In this document: in pieces, positions 13,701 through 27,200 of the stretch
Position numbering within the stretch: position 1 is the stretch's first letter
Layout of the letters: every line of letters begins with the position of its first letter
NCBI GenBank assembly: GCA_016748015.1
Contig: JAAOMT010000226.1
Location: 287,250-351,249, forward strand
DNA length: 64,000 nt
DNA from: Geosiphon pyriformis uo1
Lineage: Eukaryota > Fungi > Glomeromycota
Reading direction: 5' to 3'
Translations under genes and position numbers: made by a program
The notes under the pieces: model-generated
Database searches by the model: none
Told to the model about the DNA's origin: nothing
Seen by the model: the letters and a program-made list of their open reading frames with translations, nothing else

Positions 13701-16700
13701 AGAGCTTTCTTTTATAAAAGCTTGGATTTTACCAGATAAAAACTACTAGACACATATTTATTACTATTGCAAGCCATATTATAGAGAATACTTTGATTAC
13801 CCTAAATAACAAAAAAGTAAAACAACAAATCATGTCTTGTTTGTAAAAAAATATTACTTAATAAAAAAATGTGGAATAACATTCCTGATTAAAGAAAAAT
13901 ATATAACACATTGTGTTAATACAAAATTGTTATTAGTAACTGAATAAGTCAAGAAACTTTTTTTAATGCCACATAAAACCAAGCATTCTTATGCTTGAAT
14001 AATTATCTATATAACAAAAATGAAATCTGGCAAATAACAAGTACTAAAATTGAAGACACTTCATTCAATAAGATATTCATGATCAAAAATAACCCATCAA
14101 AATTTGTTGAAACCATTCTTATTCCTAATTTAGATATTTTTATTAATATTTTAAGCAACTAAAACAATTTCATAAACATTATTAAAACTTAGCATTCACT
14201 AGAAAAAACAAGAGCAGTGTTTAGAACAATTAAATGCTAAATTCTGTAAATATTGCCTAATTTTTAGTGACTTCAAATATTGTAATAATTGTGATCTTAT
14301 CTATAATCCACTATTATACATGACTTATTTAATCTCCAAAAAAAAGAAACCAATTAGTGAATGTGCATTGAAATTGGAATTAAAATTTAATTACAATTCA
14401 GATTCTAACAATGATAACAATAATAATTCTAACTTTATCTATAATGGCAATAATAACAATAATGATTCAAATTTCAATTACAATCTCAAATAATATATTG
14501 TGCTTTCAGATTTGTCAATAGAGCAGAAACTAAAATGGTTTAGTAATAATAATAAAAGTATTATGTCAGAATGCACATATAATACCAATGCAGAATTTGA
14601 TTTCAGGTATCTAAAAAAAACTGCCATTAGATTGAAACCTTATTTATACACTAGTATAGATCTGAAAATAGCACTGAAAATTTTAACAACAACAATAGTT
14701 CAACTAGTCTCTAGATCTAATTTAGTGAAAAAAAGAATTAATATTAGAGAAAAAATAATTGATACAAGATATATAAAAAATATTATTGCAATGCTATAAA
14801 ACAACTCAAAATAAAATATGTAATTAAACTAAATAAAAAAATACCACAAGCAATATTTTTACCTCTAATTAAAATAGCTTAGTTAATATCAGAAGAAACA
14901 AAAAAAATGTTAAGGATTACAACAAAAAAGATAAAAGAATTCAAATTAATGAATAAAATAGATATATTAGTTAATATAGTAAAAAAAAACAATTAATAAG
15001 AAAAAAATTATTTTTATCTATTAATCAATTTCTATTTTACTATATAATTAGTATATAGTAGTTATAGAAAGGAAGATAAAAAACCAACCCCAAATTTTTG
15101 AAGTTAAAACAAACATTTATAAATTAAAAGAGATTGTTATTACCAATCTTTACATATTAGCCAAAAACCACAAACATATTAAAATTCCAATATACAACAT
15201 AATTAAAGACCTTATAGAAATACTAAATAGAACTACCATTAAATACTTAAACATTGCAGTTGAAAATCACTTACCAATTATTATTTCAGACTTTTTACAA
15301 CTTTGTGAATATGTAAATATCATATTACAAACTATATACAGATAAAAAAAATATTATTTGTTATAATTAGAACAATTAAAGCAAATAAACTTAAGAAATC
15401 TAGATTCACTTTAACAAATACAACTTAAAATGTTACTTAACAGCTTTACTAATATTTTTGTTAGTAAAAATGAATTTGGCAGAACTAATATTATTTAATA
15501 CCAGATCAAAACTGGAAATGTAATGTCAATTAAACAAAAAACATACAGAATACCACTAACCAGCTATAAAATCATCTAACAAAAAATCAACCAAATATTA
15601 AACAATAAATTAATTCAATTATTAATAAGCCCATAGTTATTACCAATAATATTTGTTCATAAGAAGAATAAAAAAATCCACTTTTGTGTAGATTACAGAA
15701 AACTGAACAGTATTATTTATAGAAACAGTTATTTAATTTTATAGATTTAAGAATTATTTAATATTATAGATAAACTAAGTAGGATATGGTGATAATATTT
15801 GGTGCTTAAGATTTGGGTTTTTAGGGAGCTTTTGATAGTTTTTTTTTAATAAACTTGTTTGGTGTATTAATGTTATTAATTTCTAAAAGTCTTCTTAATT
15901 GATATGAATTTACTCATAGAGTTTTTTAGTTATAAGGCACAGAAAGATGTTTTGTAGTGTTGTAACTTCTTGTATGTGAATGTGAGCTATTTTTTCTAAG
16001 CTAATAAGCACAGTTATTAAGGTTTGGCAGTGTTTTTTAACTCTTCTAATAAGCTACCAAAATAATATTAATATTCGAAAAAGCTTCTCTCTTTTACTAG
16101 GCTATTACGAAGTCTATTTCCAAACAGTCAATTTTTCTATGTTGCTGTTCTACTAAAGAGAATAAAAAAAAGAAAAGAAAATAAATAAAAATAAATAAAA
16201 ATAAAAAGAAAATAAGAAATTAATATCTTGTTAATAGCTGTGATCAAAAGCTATTGTTCCAAGGTAGTTAAGTATTAAATTTTATTAACATAAAATGTTA
16301 ATAATAATGACAGTGATTAATATTATTAATTAAGTAATAATAACATGAGTTTGAAGATAATAGATAATTTTATTGATAAGAAAATGATTTCACTTTAAGT
16401 TATAGAAAAATATCTTTTGAAAGAAAAGTATTGTTTTAAATTAATATAAATTCTATTGAATTCTCCAGGAATTTTTTTCTGGCTGTCTTTTTAACTTCTA
16501 CAACTATTTATTTTTATATATTTTTTTTGTTTTACAAAATTGCTTTTTAATTGTTTTATTTTTGCTAGTTATTGTTTTATTATTTTTGTTATTGCTTTAT
16601 TCTTTTATGTTATTACTAGTTATTCTATGTTTTAATTAAATATTTCATGCTATAACATGTTATTAAGTTTTGTATTATGTTATTCTGAGTTATTACACAT

Positions 16701-17810
16701 TATTCTGTGTTTTTTTATATTATCTTGTGTTATTATGTTTTTGATTATGTTTTTTTATAATTTGAATTTGTTTTTTTACTTGGATAACATTGATGTTTTT
16801 AAAAAAAAAAAATGGCTTTTAATATTAAACTTAGATAGTAGTTATTGACAAATAGCCATAAATTTAGCTGACAAAAAAAACAGTATTTACTATTAGAAAA
16901 AGAAACTTTGAATTTGATGTTATGTTATTTAACTTAACCAATATTCCAGCTATCTTCCAATGGCTTATAAAAATCATATATACTGGATTACTATGAAAAT
17001 CAGTAATAGTCTACTTGAACAACACCAATGTGTTCTTCAAAACATTTGATAACCATTTTCATTATTTTTAACAAGTGTTTGAAAAATTAAGAAGAGTTGA
17101 ATTGAAATTAAATGCAACTAAATGCTTTTTTGACAAAACTAAACTTAAGTTTTTGGAATATATTGTAAGCAAAAACAGCATAAAAACAGATTCAGACAAA
17201 ATTGAAATAGTCAAAAACTTTTTGGTACCAACAAATTTTACAGAATTAAGAGTATTCTTGAGATTTGCTGAATATTATTATCATTTTATTCAAAATTTTT
17301 CCAAATTGGCTCAACTATTTCACCAGTTCTAAGCAAAAAATATCAAATATAAATAAACAAAAACTTAACAAGAAGCTTTTGACATCTTAAAAAGAAAGCT
17401 TATTTAAGCACCAGTATTAATCTATTAATATTACAACAAGCCATTTATTATTACTATTAATGCATCTAGTCAAGCATTGAAGACTGTATTGTCACAAAAA
17501 AAAGCAGATAGACGAAAACATCTAGTGTTATATGTTAGCAAAAGTTTAAGTCCAGCCAAAAAGAACTATAAAACCTCAGCATTAAAATACTTAGCTATAT
17601 ATTAGACTGTTATTAAATAGAAAAAATACTTAAGTCAAAAGTTTGATGTTTATACTAATCACAAAAAATTGACATTAATCCAGAAACAAAAATTTGGAGA
17701 TAATTGTCATACAAGATAGAAAATAGAGTTATTACTATTTAATTATACTGTACATTATAAAAAAGAAAAAAAATAGAAATGTCAACAGTTTGTTATAAAT
17801 AAGAAAATTA
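10733..17810 (+). pseudogene. gag-pol: Element A polyprotein relic (N-extension-Gag-PR-Cys-rich-dUTPase-RT-RNase H), split by solo LTR E
   Basis: PR relic LIFDNSLVNS (~13100), dUTPase relic ORF 14500-14799, RT YLNN (from YLDD) ~17012, RT/RH relics 17075-17800; very many stops. Confidence 0.85.
15762..16789 (-). mobile_element. Solo LTR E (A/B-related family) inserted antisense in the RT of element A
   Basis: Minus-strand termini TGTTATCC...TATAATA; flanks TTAA (15758-61) and TTGA (16790-93) fit a mutated 4-bp TSD (probably TCGA); removing it restores E-L-F-D-(A)-F-(G-G)-K-K-W as in B; shares the GGAACAATAGCTTTTGATCACAGCTATT block with A/B LTRs. Confidence 0.85.
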
Positions 17811-19074
17811 AAAAATATTTTAATTCAAAAATATAACAAAAGATAAACACACAAATATTAACAATTCTAACATTATATTAATACTTAACACTTCAAGGAA
17901 AAATTATCTTAAAAGAAATAAAACAACATAAAACAACAAGCAAAATATCTTATTATTTACCAAGATATATTATATTAAAAAAACAAAAAATACTCAGATC
18001 AACTACTCAGAATAATCACAAAACCAAAAAAAAAACAATACTATTCAACATATACTTAAATTTAATAGTAAGACATTTTTATAAAGAAGCAATCATAAAA
18101 AGAATTAGAAAAAAATACTATTGGCTATTCATATATCCAAATATTATCTAATATATTTAAAATTGTGATGTTTGTCAAAAAAAAAAGAAAGAACAAGACC
18201 TAATAAACCACTAAAACTTATCAAAATAAGACAATCATTTAATCAAATTAAAATTGACTTAGTCAAACTATTAACAATAACCAGTAAAAGCAATAGATAT
18301 ATAGTGGTAGTTATGGACTATCTTACAAAATAGCCAGAAGCAAAAGCAATTCAAAAAGCAGATGCAGAATTTATAGCTAAATTTGTATACTAAAATTTGA
18401 TTTATTAACATAGATGTCCAAAAAAATTATTATCAAACCAGAGAACTTACTTTGTGAACAAAACATTAACAGAATTAAGTCAAAAATTTACAATCAAAAG
18501 ATTATTATTATTACTATATTATTTACAAATTAATAACTTAGTTGAAAGATTCAACAGAACATTGTGTAAAGCAATAGCCAAGATCAGCCAAAAAAACCAG
18601 AACAAATAAGATTTGTTTATACTATTAGTATTATTTACTTATCAGACAATGAAGCAAGATAATATATTAACAATACCATTAGAACTTGTTTATAATAAAA
18701 CAACAATATTACCAGTTAAAATAAATATTAATACATATCCAACTAAACCAATAACAGAAGCCAACTTCAAAAAAACATTATTGAAAAAAACATATAACTT
18801 AATAAAAACATTAAAAAACAAAAGGCAAAAAGCAGTTGATAACATATAAAAATTATAAGCAAAACAAAAAAAATGATATTGTAACTAATTATTAGATAAA
18901 CCAATCGAATTCAGAATTGGAAAAAAAGTATTTTTATATTATACCAAAGTAAAAAAACAATAGAATGGAAAATTAAATTCCAAATAGAACAAACTATTTT
19001 ACATTAAAAAAATTCTAGAAAATAGAGCTTATAAATTAAGATGAAACAACAAAATCTTAGTTAAAACAGCATAT

Positions 19075-19972
19075 TGTTACTTATAGAACATAAAAAGTAT
19101 ATTAGCATATAAATTAGCCAATCAGAAGTAGCCATAGTAAAATGTGAAATTCCAGGATTTCTTTCAAAAGAAATTGCAGAATTCCAGGAATTTCAGAATT
19201 CTCGTACAAAAGAATCACAAGATTCTAAAATTTCAGAATTCCACTAAAAAAAAATTGCAGGATTCCAGGAATTCCAAAATTTCTGGTGTGAAAAATTGAG
19301 GAATTGAGGAATCTCAATTATGTATATATAGCAGTAGTGCTAAAAGTAAAAAAGGCAGAATTCTTTAGTTAGAGACCTCTCAGTTTAGATTTGATCTAAG
19401 CAACCTTCCAATATTACAAATATCAATAAATAATTATTTACTATCTCCAATTTCACTCTTCACTATCAACACTTTATGTTGATAACAAGTAATACTTAAC
19501 TACACTAGAACAATAGCTCTTGATCACAGCTATTAATGGGATACTAACTTACAAATTGTCTTGGCTTATTTTCTTTATTTTTTTTTATTTTTTTTATTTT
19601 TTCTATTTCATTTCTGTGATTTTATTGTTGTGTACTAATTGATTGAAAGAGAATAACATGTGGAATACTGATGTCAAAGTGACTGGTAAAAGATCCAAGA
19701 ATAAGGGTAGAACATTCAATTAAGGATAGCTTATCAAGAGGAATACCAATTATCACACTGAAAAAAAAATTGACAAAACTATGGTTTTGGAAAGCTACAG
19801 ATAAACACTATTGAATCTCTGTCCATTATACAAAAAACTCAATTAAAATCTTTAGATAATAATACTTTTAGATACAAACAACCTTTAGATAAAATCATCA
19901 ACCAAAACATCCACCAAACACCAAGTTATGGGTTTGTTATTTCATTTGAGACCCCAAATCACACCTGTAACA
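19075..19972 (+). repeat. Element B 5' LTR
   Basis: Direct repeat of 47615-48505; U3 array of GAATTCCAGGAATTCC-like units ~19145-19315; TATATATA ~19323. Confidence 0.95.
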
Positions 19973-19990
19973 TTTGGTGTTCTCTGTAAG
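19973..19990 (+). promoter_or_regulatory. Primer-binding site of B (TT-TGGTGTTCTCTGTAAG)
   Basis: TGG 2 nt after the LTR end, complementary to a tRNA 3' CCA end; tRNA identity unresolved. Confidence 0.8.
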
Positions 19991-22900
19991 GTATAATTTT
20001 ACAGAGAACCAGCACTAACAACAATCTAAACAGTAGCAGAATCTGAAGAAATAGGAACAAACCATTTGGAATTTGCAAAATTCTTATTCTAACATTATCA
20101 CACTTATTTCGGATTAATAAATAATAGTAGGCTAACAGAATCAGCTTTCAATTGCTATGTCAATGAGAGAATCATATACCATCTAAAAAGCCAAAGAGAT
20201 CCAGAATTCATTTTTAACAACTTCTTCAGTGAATTGTTTCAAAGCACTACTCTTTCACAAAACTACTTATTTGCACTCCTAATTACAGAAATAAACAGAA
20301 AAATTAAAAAATACACCAAACAGAAATTTTTTATCACTTTTGCCAATAAAGAAAAAGAAAGATTACAAACACCAACAGAAACACTAAAGCAAATTCAACT
20401 ACTTACTTGGAAGAAACAAAGATTTGATTCACCTATTAATCCATCATATTACTACACACCTGGAAGCACTATCAATATAATAAGCACAGCTACAACAAGT
20501 GTGACAATGCCACTAAACAGAATTCTATTTCAAAGTAAACAAAAAAAAGCAGAGTTATTAGGAACATATGGCAATTATTTTGAAGAATTTAAATCACAAT
20601 CTTCAATACTATTAGGAATTTAATCACTATCATTACAACCAGATTTTGGAGCCATTAGTTTTTGAGAAATAACCAATTCCGAGGAAGAAGAGAGTAGCAA
20701 TTAGAAAACTAGCAAACAAAATCCAATTCTAAAAAATTCAGAAATTAAAACTCCAGTTAATCAAACTCCAGAAAATCAGAATAATCAAAACCCTAACATA
20801 ATTAATCAACAAAACTTACCTTCAATAATCAAGATCAATTCACCACTCATTCTACCAATCACCAAACAGCAACAACAGCTACAACTGCTATCTCAACAAC
20901 AAATCCAGCAGCAACCACAATAACAACCAATGGCCTACACTCCAATTGCCAAAATAAAAAAATTTACCAGTGAAGAAAACAATGCCCAAGTATGACTTAA
21001 TGATGTGAAAAAAGCCATCACAGCTAATAAATAGAATAATGACAGAGTTTTTCAAGTGATTCTCTATTTTCTACAGGATACCGTCAACTCATAGTATTTG
21101 AGTTTAGCCACTAAACCTCAAATGTTCCAGGAATTTAAAATTGCATTATTGGAATATTTCACTAATAATAACAGTATTAATTGTCTAGTCAACATCTTTA
21201 CTACAATCAAACAGGGAGAAACTGAAGCAGTTACCACTTACTTGGGATGCTTTCACAGAAACTTGCACCAAATTCAAGCAATTCAAGCTGACTATTTTAC
21301 AGCATCACAGATCTTAAACCAGTTTATCTGTGGACTGTGCAGTAGCTTTTTCCAACATGTACACCCAATGCATTCACAAACTCTTCAAGATGCAGTCACC
21401 AATGTGAGAGATTTTGAATTGACAGAACTTAAAGCAAACCATGCCCAAGCTGTTAACCTAGTCATGAATAGATTATCTGACTTAGATTCCAAATTAAAAC
21501 AACTCAGTAATTCAATTAATCATAAATTGGAAGGATACTTAGCTGACAATCACACAATTTATCACCCACCACAATGATGCAATAACTCAAAAAACCCGAA
21601 TTGTTTCCAAAATTAGTCATGTCCATCATCATCATTATCATCAAATCAGCCATGGCAACAAGAGACACATGTCTGCCATAACTGTAGTAAACAAGGCCAC
21701 ATTAGAGCTGACTGCCAATTTTATAATAATAATCTATGATTGGAAAATTAATATCGAAATTCCAATTGCTGGTTTCAACCTAATTTAACACCATATCAAC
21801 CAAATTATTTACCTATAATACAACAGCCAATCTATCAACCACCAATTTATCAGCTCTCTGTACTTGTCATTTATCAACCGCAGTCCCAACCCATTTATCA
21901 GCCACAGCCTTAGGTAATTTATTAATCCCAATAAATTCAAACACCACCACAGAACTTACCTCAAAATGAAACTAAAAGGCCAAGACTGACACAACAAAGC
22001 TAGAGATCATTAATAGTAGTCCATCAACTGATCCCCAGTTTCTTCATGCCACCATCAGAATCTTGACAATAGAATTTGGGCACTAGGTACACCCAAAACC
22101 CGAATTCTCAGAACTATTTAAGTCTTCTGGTTATTCCAGAAAACATCACATTCACTAAACCAGAAACCAACCAAAAGTCACTTACTAGCAATATTTTACC
22201 AGCAACTATCTCCAACAATGGATCCCTAGCAGCTATTTTTTCTTTTAAATTAAAGGAACCAGTTGAAATGCCACTATTCAGTAAAGCCATCCTAGAATCA
22301 AAATCTATTACTGTGATATATACCAATGCTAAAGTTGATGGTTAGTACATTAAACTGATCTTAGACAATGGATTAGCTGGCAGCATTATTACATGACTAT
22401 TCATGAACCAATTAGGTCACCAAGTTGATTGTGCTGCCAATGTGTGCATAATTACTACTGATGGAGTGACCAAAACTCCGATTGGTGAAATAGACAACTT
22501 TCCATTTAAAGTCAACAACATCATAATACCAATTAAGGTATTGGTAATAGAAGCAACTCAATATCAGGCTCTTGTTAAAAATAACTAGCTGTTGAAAGCC
22601 AATGTCATGCTCAACTGAAACACCCAAAAACTGCAACTCAGCCAGAACAGCTACCACACATATGTGTCAGCCATCTGTGGTCATTTTAAGACTACTTTCA
22701 ACAACAAACTACTTATTGAATTAGAAGAAAAAGAAAGAAAACCTACCTGAGAAGTGTATCAAGTTTCCTGGGCCAACACTGAACACAATGAATTATTACC
22801 AGTACTTTCCTAGAACAATAAAAGGAAAGGTAAGAAAGAGAACACAACAGAAGAAAACACAACAACCAAAGAAATAACTAGTGGCTGGAAGAGATCCTAT

Positions 22901-23277
22901 TCACATGAGCCATTAAAACAACTGCTACATATTCCACTCAAATGCCAAGATTGTGGCAAGAAACTTTCTTCCATGGGAGCTTGGATCACACCCAATAAAG
23001 ATTACTAGATGCAAACCCACTATTACTACAAGCCATACTACCGAAAACAATATGGCTACTCAAAATGACAAAACAAGTAGAACAACAAACCATGTCTTGT
23101 TTGTGAGGAACAATTACTCAATAAAGAAATGTGGAACAACATTCCTGGGTGAAGAGGAACATGCGATGCTTCATGCCAATACACGATCCTCATTAATAAC
23201 TGGGTAAGTTGTGGAATGCCTATTACTGCCACCTAATACCAAATGATTTCTTGTTTGGATAATTACCTACACAACAA

Positions 23278-24248
23278 TGTTACCAGTAGAATTTTAGCTA
23301 GTAATTAGCATAAAATTATCCTTATAATCCCTATAATTAATTAGTATATTAATATTATTTCAAATTATCATTTATTATTTAATCAATTATTACATATTAT
23401 GATTTAATTAAAATAATCTAATTAGTATAACAAAAAGTAGAATGATCAAATTACACAATACTCTGAACTTTGTAACATTCTAAAATTCATCGAAATTTAC
23501 AAAAATTCGCCGAAATTTATAAGAAATTTGCCGAAATTATGAATAGTTCACTCAAATTAATCAATAGTTCAGCGAAATAACTTGTAGTTCATCAAAATTT
23601 GAGCAAAAAGAAAAAGTGCAAGTTTATAGACTAGTATTACAACAAGTTGTATAAAAAAAGAGCTTTTTTCTTCAAGAAAATGTATCTTACTTTAGATTTA
23701 TTACTTAGAACCATTCCTACATACACAAAGAGAAATAAATATCAAATAATTTGAAAAACCAAATTTTTTAATTATTGCACTTGGAAAATCCCCAAAACCC
23801 AATTAACATTTTGAAATTGATTAGCTACCAATTTCAGTAAACTGTTAGTGACTCCAGACCTGGATAGAAAACGTTTCTCTTGATAAAATCCTATTTCTTT
23901 TACCTTTCTTTTATTTTTCTTTTCTTTTCTTATTACAATCATTAGAGTAGCCTACAGACAAGATTCCTGTAGAAGAGTTGACTTTCACAGCAAAATAACT
24001 ACACATTTTTAGTGAGCTTTCAGATGAGCAATTCTTGGAAAAGAGTTGACATTTACTACAATGTAACTACATAAAATAACTGGCAAGAAATTGGCCATTT
24101 CATTTATAAGCCCAGCAGTTTAAATTATAAGAGATAATTTGAAGATAAATTCAGTTATTGGAGGTTCAACTACTTCTAAAAAACGTGAATTTACAACCAA
24201 CAGATAGTTACAACATTCAAGAAAAGAGACCAAAAACCTCCAGTAATA
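23278..24248 (+). repeat. Element C 5' LTR
   Basis: Direct repeat of 32189-33157; ~20-bp TTCGCCGAA-type repeats ~23480-23600; TATAAAA ~23650. Confidence 0.95.
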
Positions 24249-27200
24249 TTTGGTGCTCTCTCACAAAAATAACACAGCAACAACAAATTCAAAGTGGTAA
24301 CCACACCAGACACAACAACTTTAGAGTATCATCAGTTAATTTACACTCACTGCAAGCAAAGATTCAACATCCCAGACGGAATTGAAGTTGTCAAGAAATC
24401 AGTATACCAATATATTGAAAATTACATCAATAATTATCTTTTTAGAAATTACAACATTTCAGAAGTTAGAAGCAACCTCTACAATAATCTAGTGCACTAT
24501 TCACGATTGGAAACTAAAGACCTTAACAGTAAAACACTTGCCATCTACTTTCAAGAACTCAATTACAACATTATCAAATATTGTGAAGAAAAATACCCAG
24601 TACAGTCTAAATATTCTCTTAACTTTGAATCAAAAACAGAAACAAGCAACAAAGGCAAACAAAAAGTAAAACAATACTCAAGAACCACTCCAAACACTCC
24701 AATATTACCAAAGACAACTGCCAAACACTTGCAAACACCTGAACAAAGAATCAGTGTCAAATTACCACTTTCTATTACATCATTTCCAATTTCATTTGTT
24801 CAATCACAAACACCAAGTTCACCATTTAACTGTTTCTCTAAACCAGAAAATTTTCAGTCACCTAGAAATCTTACTCAACAACAGGAACCAATATCAACAA
24901 ATGCCAATATTATTGATTACTTACAGGAAAACGAAAGTAATCATTCAGAAAGCTTGGAAAGTGAAAAAACTGAACCAGAACCAGAAGAAGCCCCAAAAAA
25001 TGAAGAAGAAATGACAACTGCTTATATTGCAAAGATTCCAGAATTCACTGGTGAAGATAATGATACCAGTCCTCAAGAATGGCTTGACAAAATTTAAAAA
25101 ACAGGAGATACAAATAGTTGGAATGCAGCAAGAATGCTCAAAGCAATTCCATACTTTCTCCAAAACACTGCAGGAAAATGATTTGAAAACTTAGAAGAAC
25201 CATTTGAAAACTGGCAAGCATTCAAAGATGTTTTCCTATAACAATTTACTGACAACAACACTTCTATCACTCTCAGGAACCACTTTTGCAATATCAAATA
25301 AGAAACATCTGAAACTGTTATGACCTATCTTGGAAGATTCAACAAACTTCTCAGATGAATCTGACAATTGGAAACCAATAACTACTATTCTGATGCTTAA
25401 ATTCTGGATCAATTTATAGCAGAGTTAAAAGACAAACTGATTAAAAAAGTCCATCCACATGCTCCAGCAGACTTAGCAACTGCTATTAGACATGCAAAAA
25501 GTTATGAAATGGCAATGAAAAAAGCAAATCACACCAAGCTTGTAAACCTTGCAATTGGAGAAACCAGCTCAGTAGCTGAAAAGAAAATAGACCAATTTAC
25601 AAAAAAGGTTGAAAGCTACTTTACAAACCAACAACAATAGCAACAACAACTACAAAGATATCAATCTCTACAACAATGCAACCAAAACAACTTTGGATCA
25701 CCATCTAATAACCAACTTCAAAATTGTCACTATTGTGGAATTCCAAAATACTGGAAACGAGATTGCAGAAAACTACAAAGAGACCAACAAAACAGGAGTA
25801 ATCAATGTTATTCTTTATCACAACAATCTTATTACCAACCTCCACCACCAACCTATTATTTATCAAGACCACAAAATTAAAACAGTTACTATCCACCAGC
25901 TCCACAACCAATGCAGCAACAATATCAGCAATCTTTACCAATTTAGCCATATCAGACACCACTCACTTAACAATATCAAGTACCAGCAAGAAAATTGGTT
26001 CAACATAACCAATTCACATCCCAAAATCAATTGCAGAGTAACAACAACAGAATCAATCTAAATAACCAATTGGTTCCCCAAAATTCTGGTCAGCAAAGAC
26101 CTAATCACTATCACACTCAACCCAGTTATCTTATAATACCAGAAGAATCGGATTTTCAACAAACTGCACTTTCTGAAGATGAAGTTGTAGTACCAAGATC
26201 AAACCCTTCCAACCACACCATTTCACCAGCTCAAATTGCCCAAAATACCAATCTGTCAGATATATTTCCATTTGAATTTGAAGCAAATGAATCACCATTT
26301 CTGCTTAGTAATGCAGCAGTCAATGAACAGAAAGCAATTACTACTATGTACACAGAAGCTACAGTAAAAGGAAAACCCATTCGCTTAATCTTAGATAATA
26401 GATTGGCTGGAAGTATCATCACTTACCAGCTGATGCAACAACTCAAACAAAATGTAGACAAACCAGCTCAAACAGTTATTGTCATAGCTAATAGTATGAA
26501 AAAAACTCCAGTAGAAGAAATTGATGATTTTCCTTTTACAATTAATGGAATCACCATTCTAATTAAAGTTTTTGTTATAAATGTACCCCAATACTAAGCT
26601 TTAGTTGGAAATGATTGGCTTCTCAAGGCTAATGCAAATCTGAACTGGGAAACTCAAGAACTTAAAATCTCATACCAAGGACAATATACCATAGTACCTG
26701 CAACCTGTTGTACTTTTAACAAATAATCAGAAAAAGCTCCAGTATTTGAATTTGAAGAAGAAAAGGAAATGCCACTTACTGAAACTTACATGGCTCTTGA
26801 ATCACCATCTAATTGGGCTGAGAAAACAGAACAAGAGATTTTTAAAAAATTAAGAGAATAGAAGAAAATTAAATATTTCACACCAGAACCACGAAAAAAA
26901 CCACTATACATTCCATTAAAATGCAAAGATTGCAAAAAGAAGCTTTTATCTATGGAAGCCTGTATTTCCCCAGAAGAAAAATACAAAACTCGCACTTGTT
27001 ACTTCTGCAAGGCATGCCATAAAGGATGATTTGGATCCCCAAAGAGAAGTGGAAAATAAGACAAAACTTCTTGCCTTACTTGTGAAGAAATGCTACCAGA
27101 AGAATGCAATTGGATTGATGTAGCAATGAGAAGAGGAATATGTGATCAGATCTGTCAATATGCTCTATCAATTTCGGAAAAAGTCAGAAGAGGAACACCA

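Noticed and set aside
19928-19930. ATG in the B 5' LTR as the Gag start
   Set aside because: The 3' LTR has ACA and A has ACA/ATA here, consistent with a decayed ACG rather than an ancestral ATG
23947-24200. Hammerhead ribozyme or dicistrovirus-type IGR IRES in the LTR
   Set aside because: No CUGANGA/GAAA core in the right stem context on either strand; a candidate AACT/AGTT pseudoknot in C is absent in D. The structure is reported without a class
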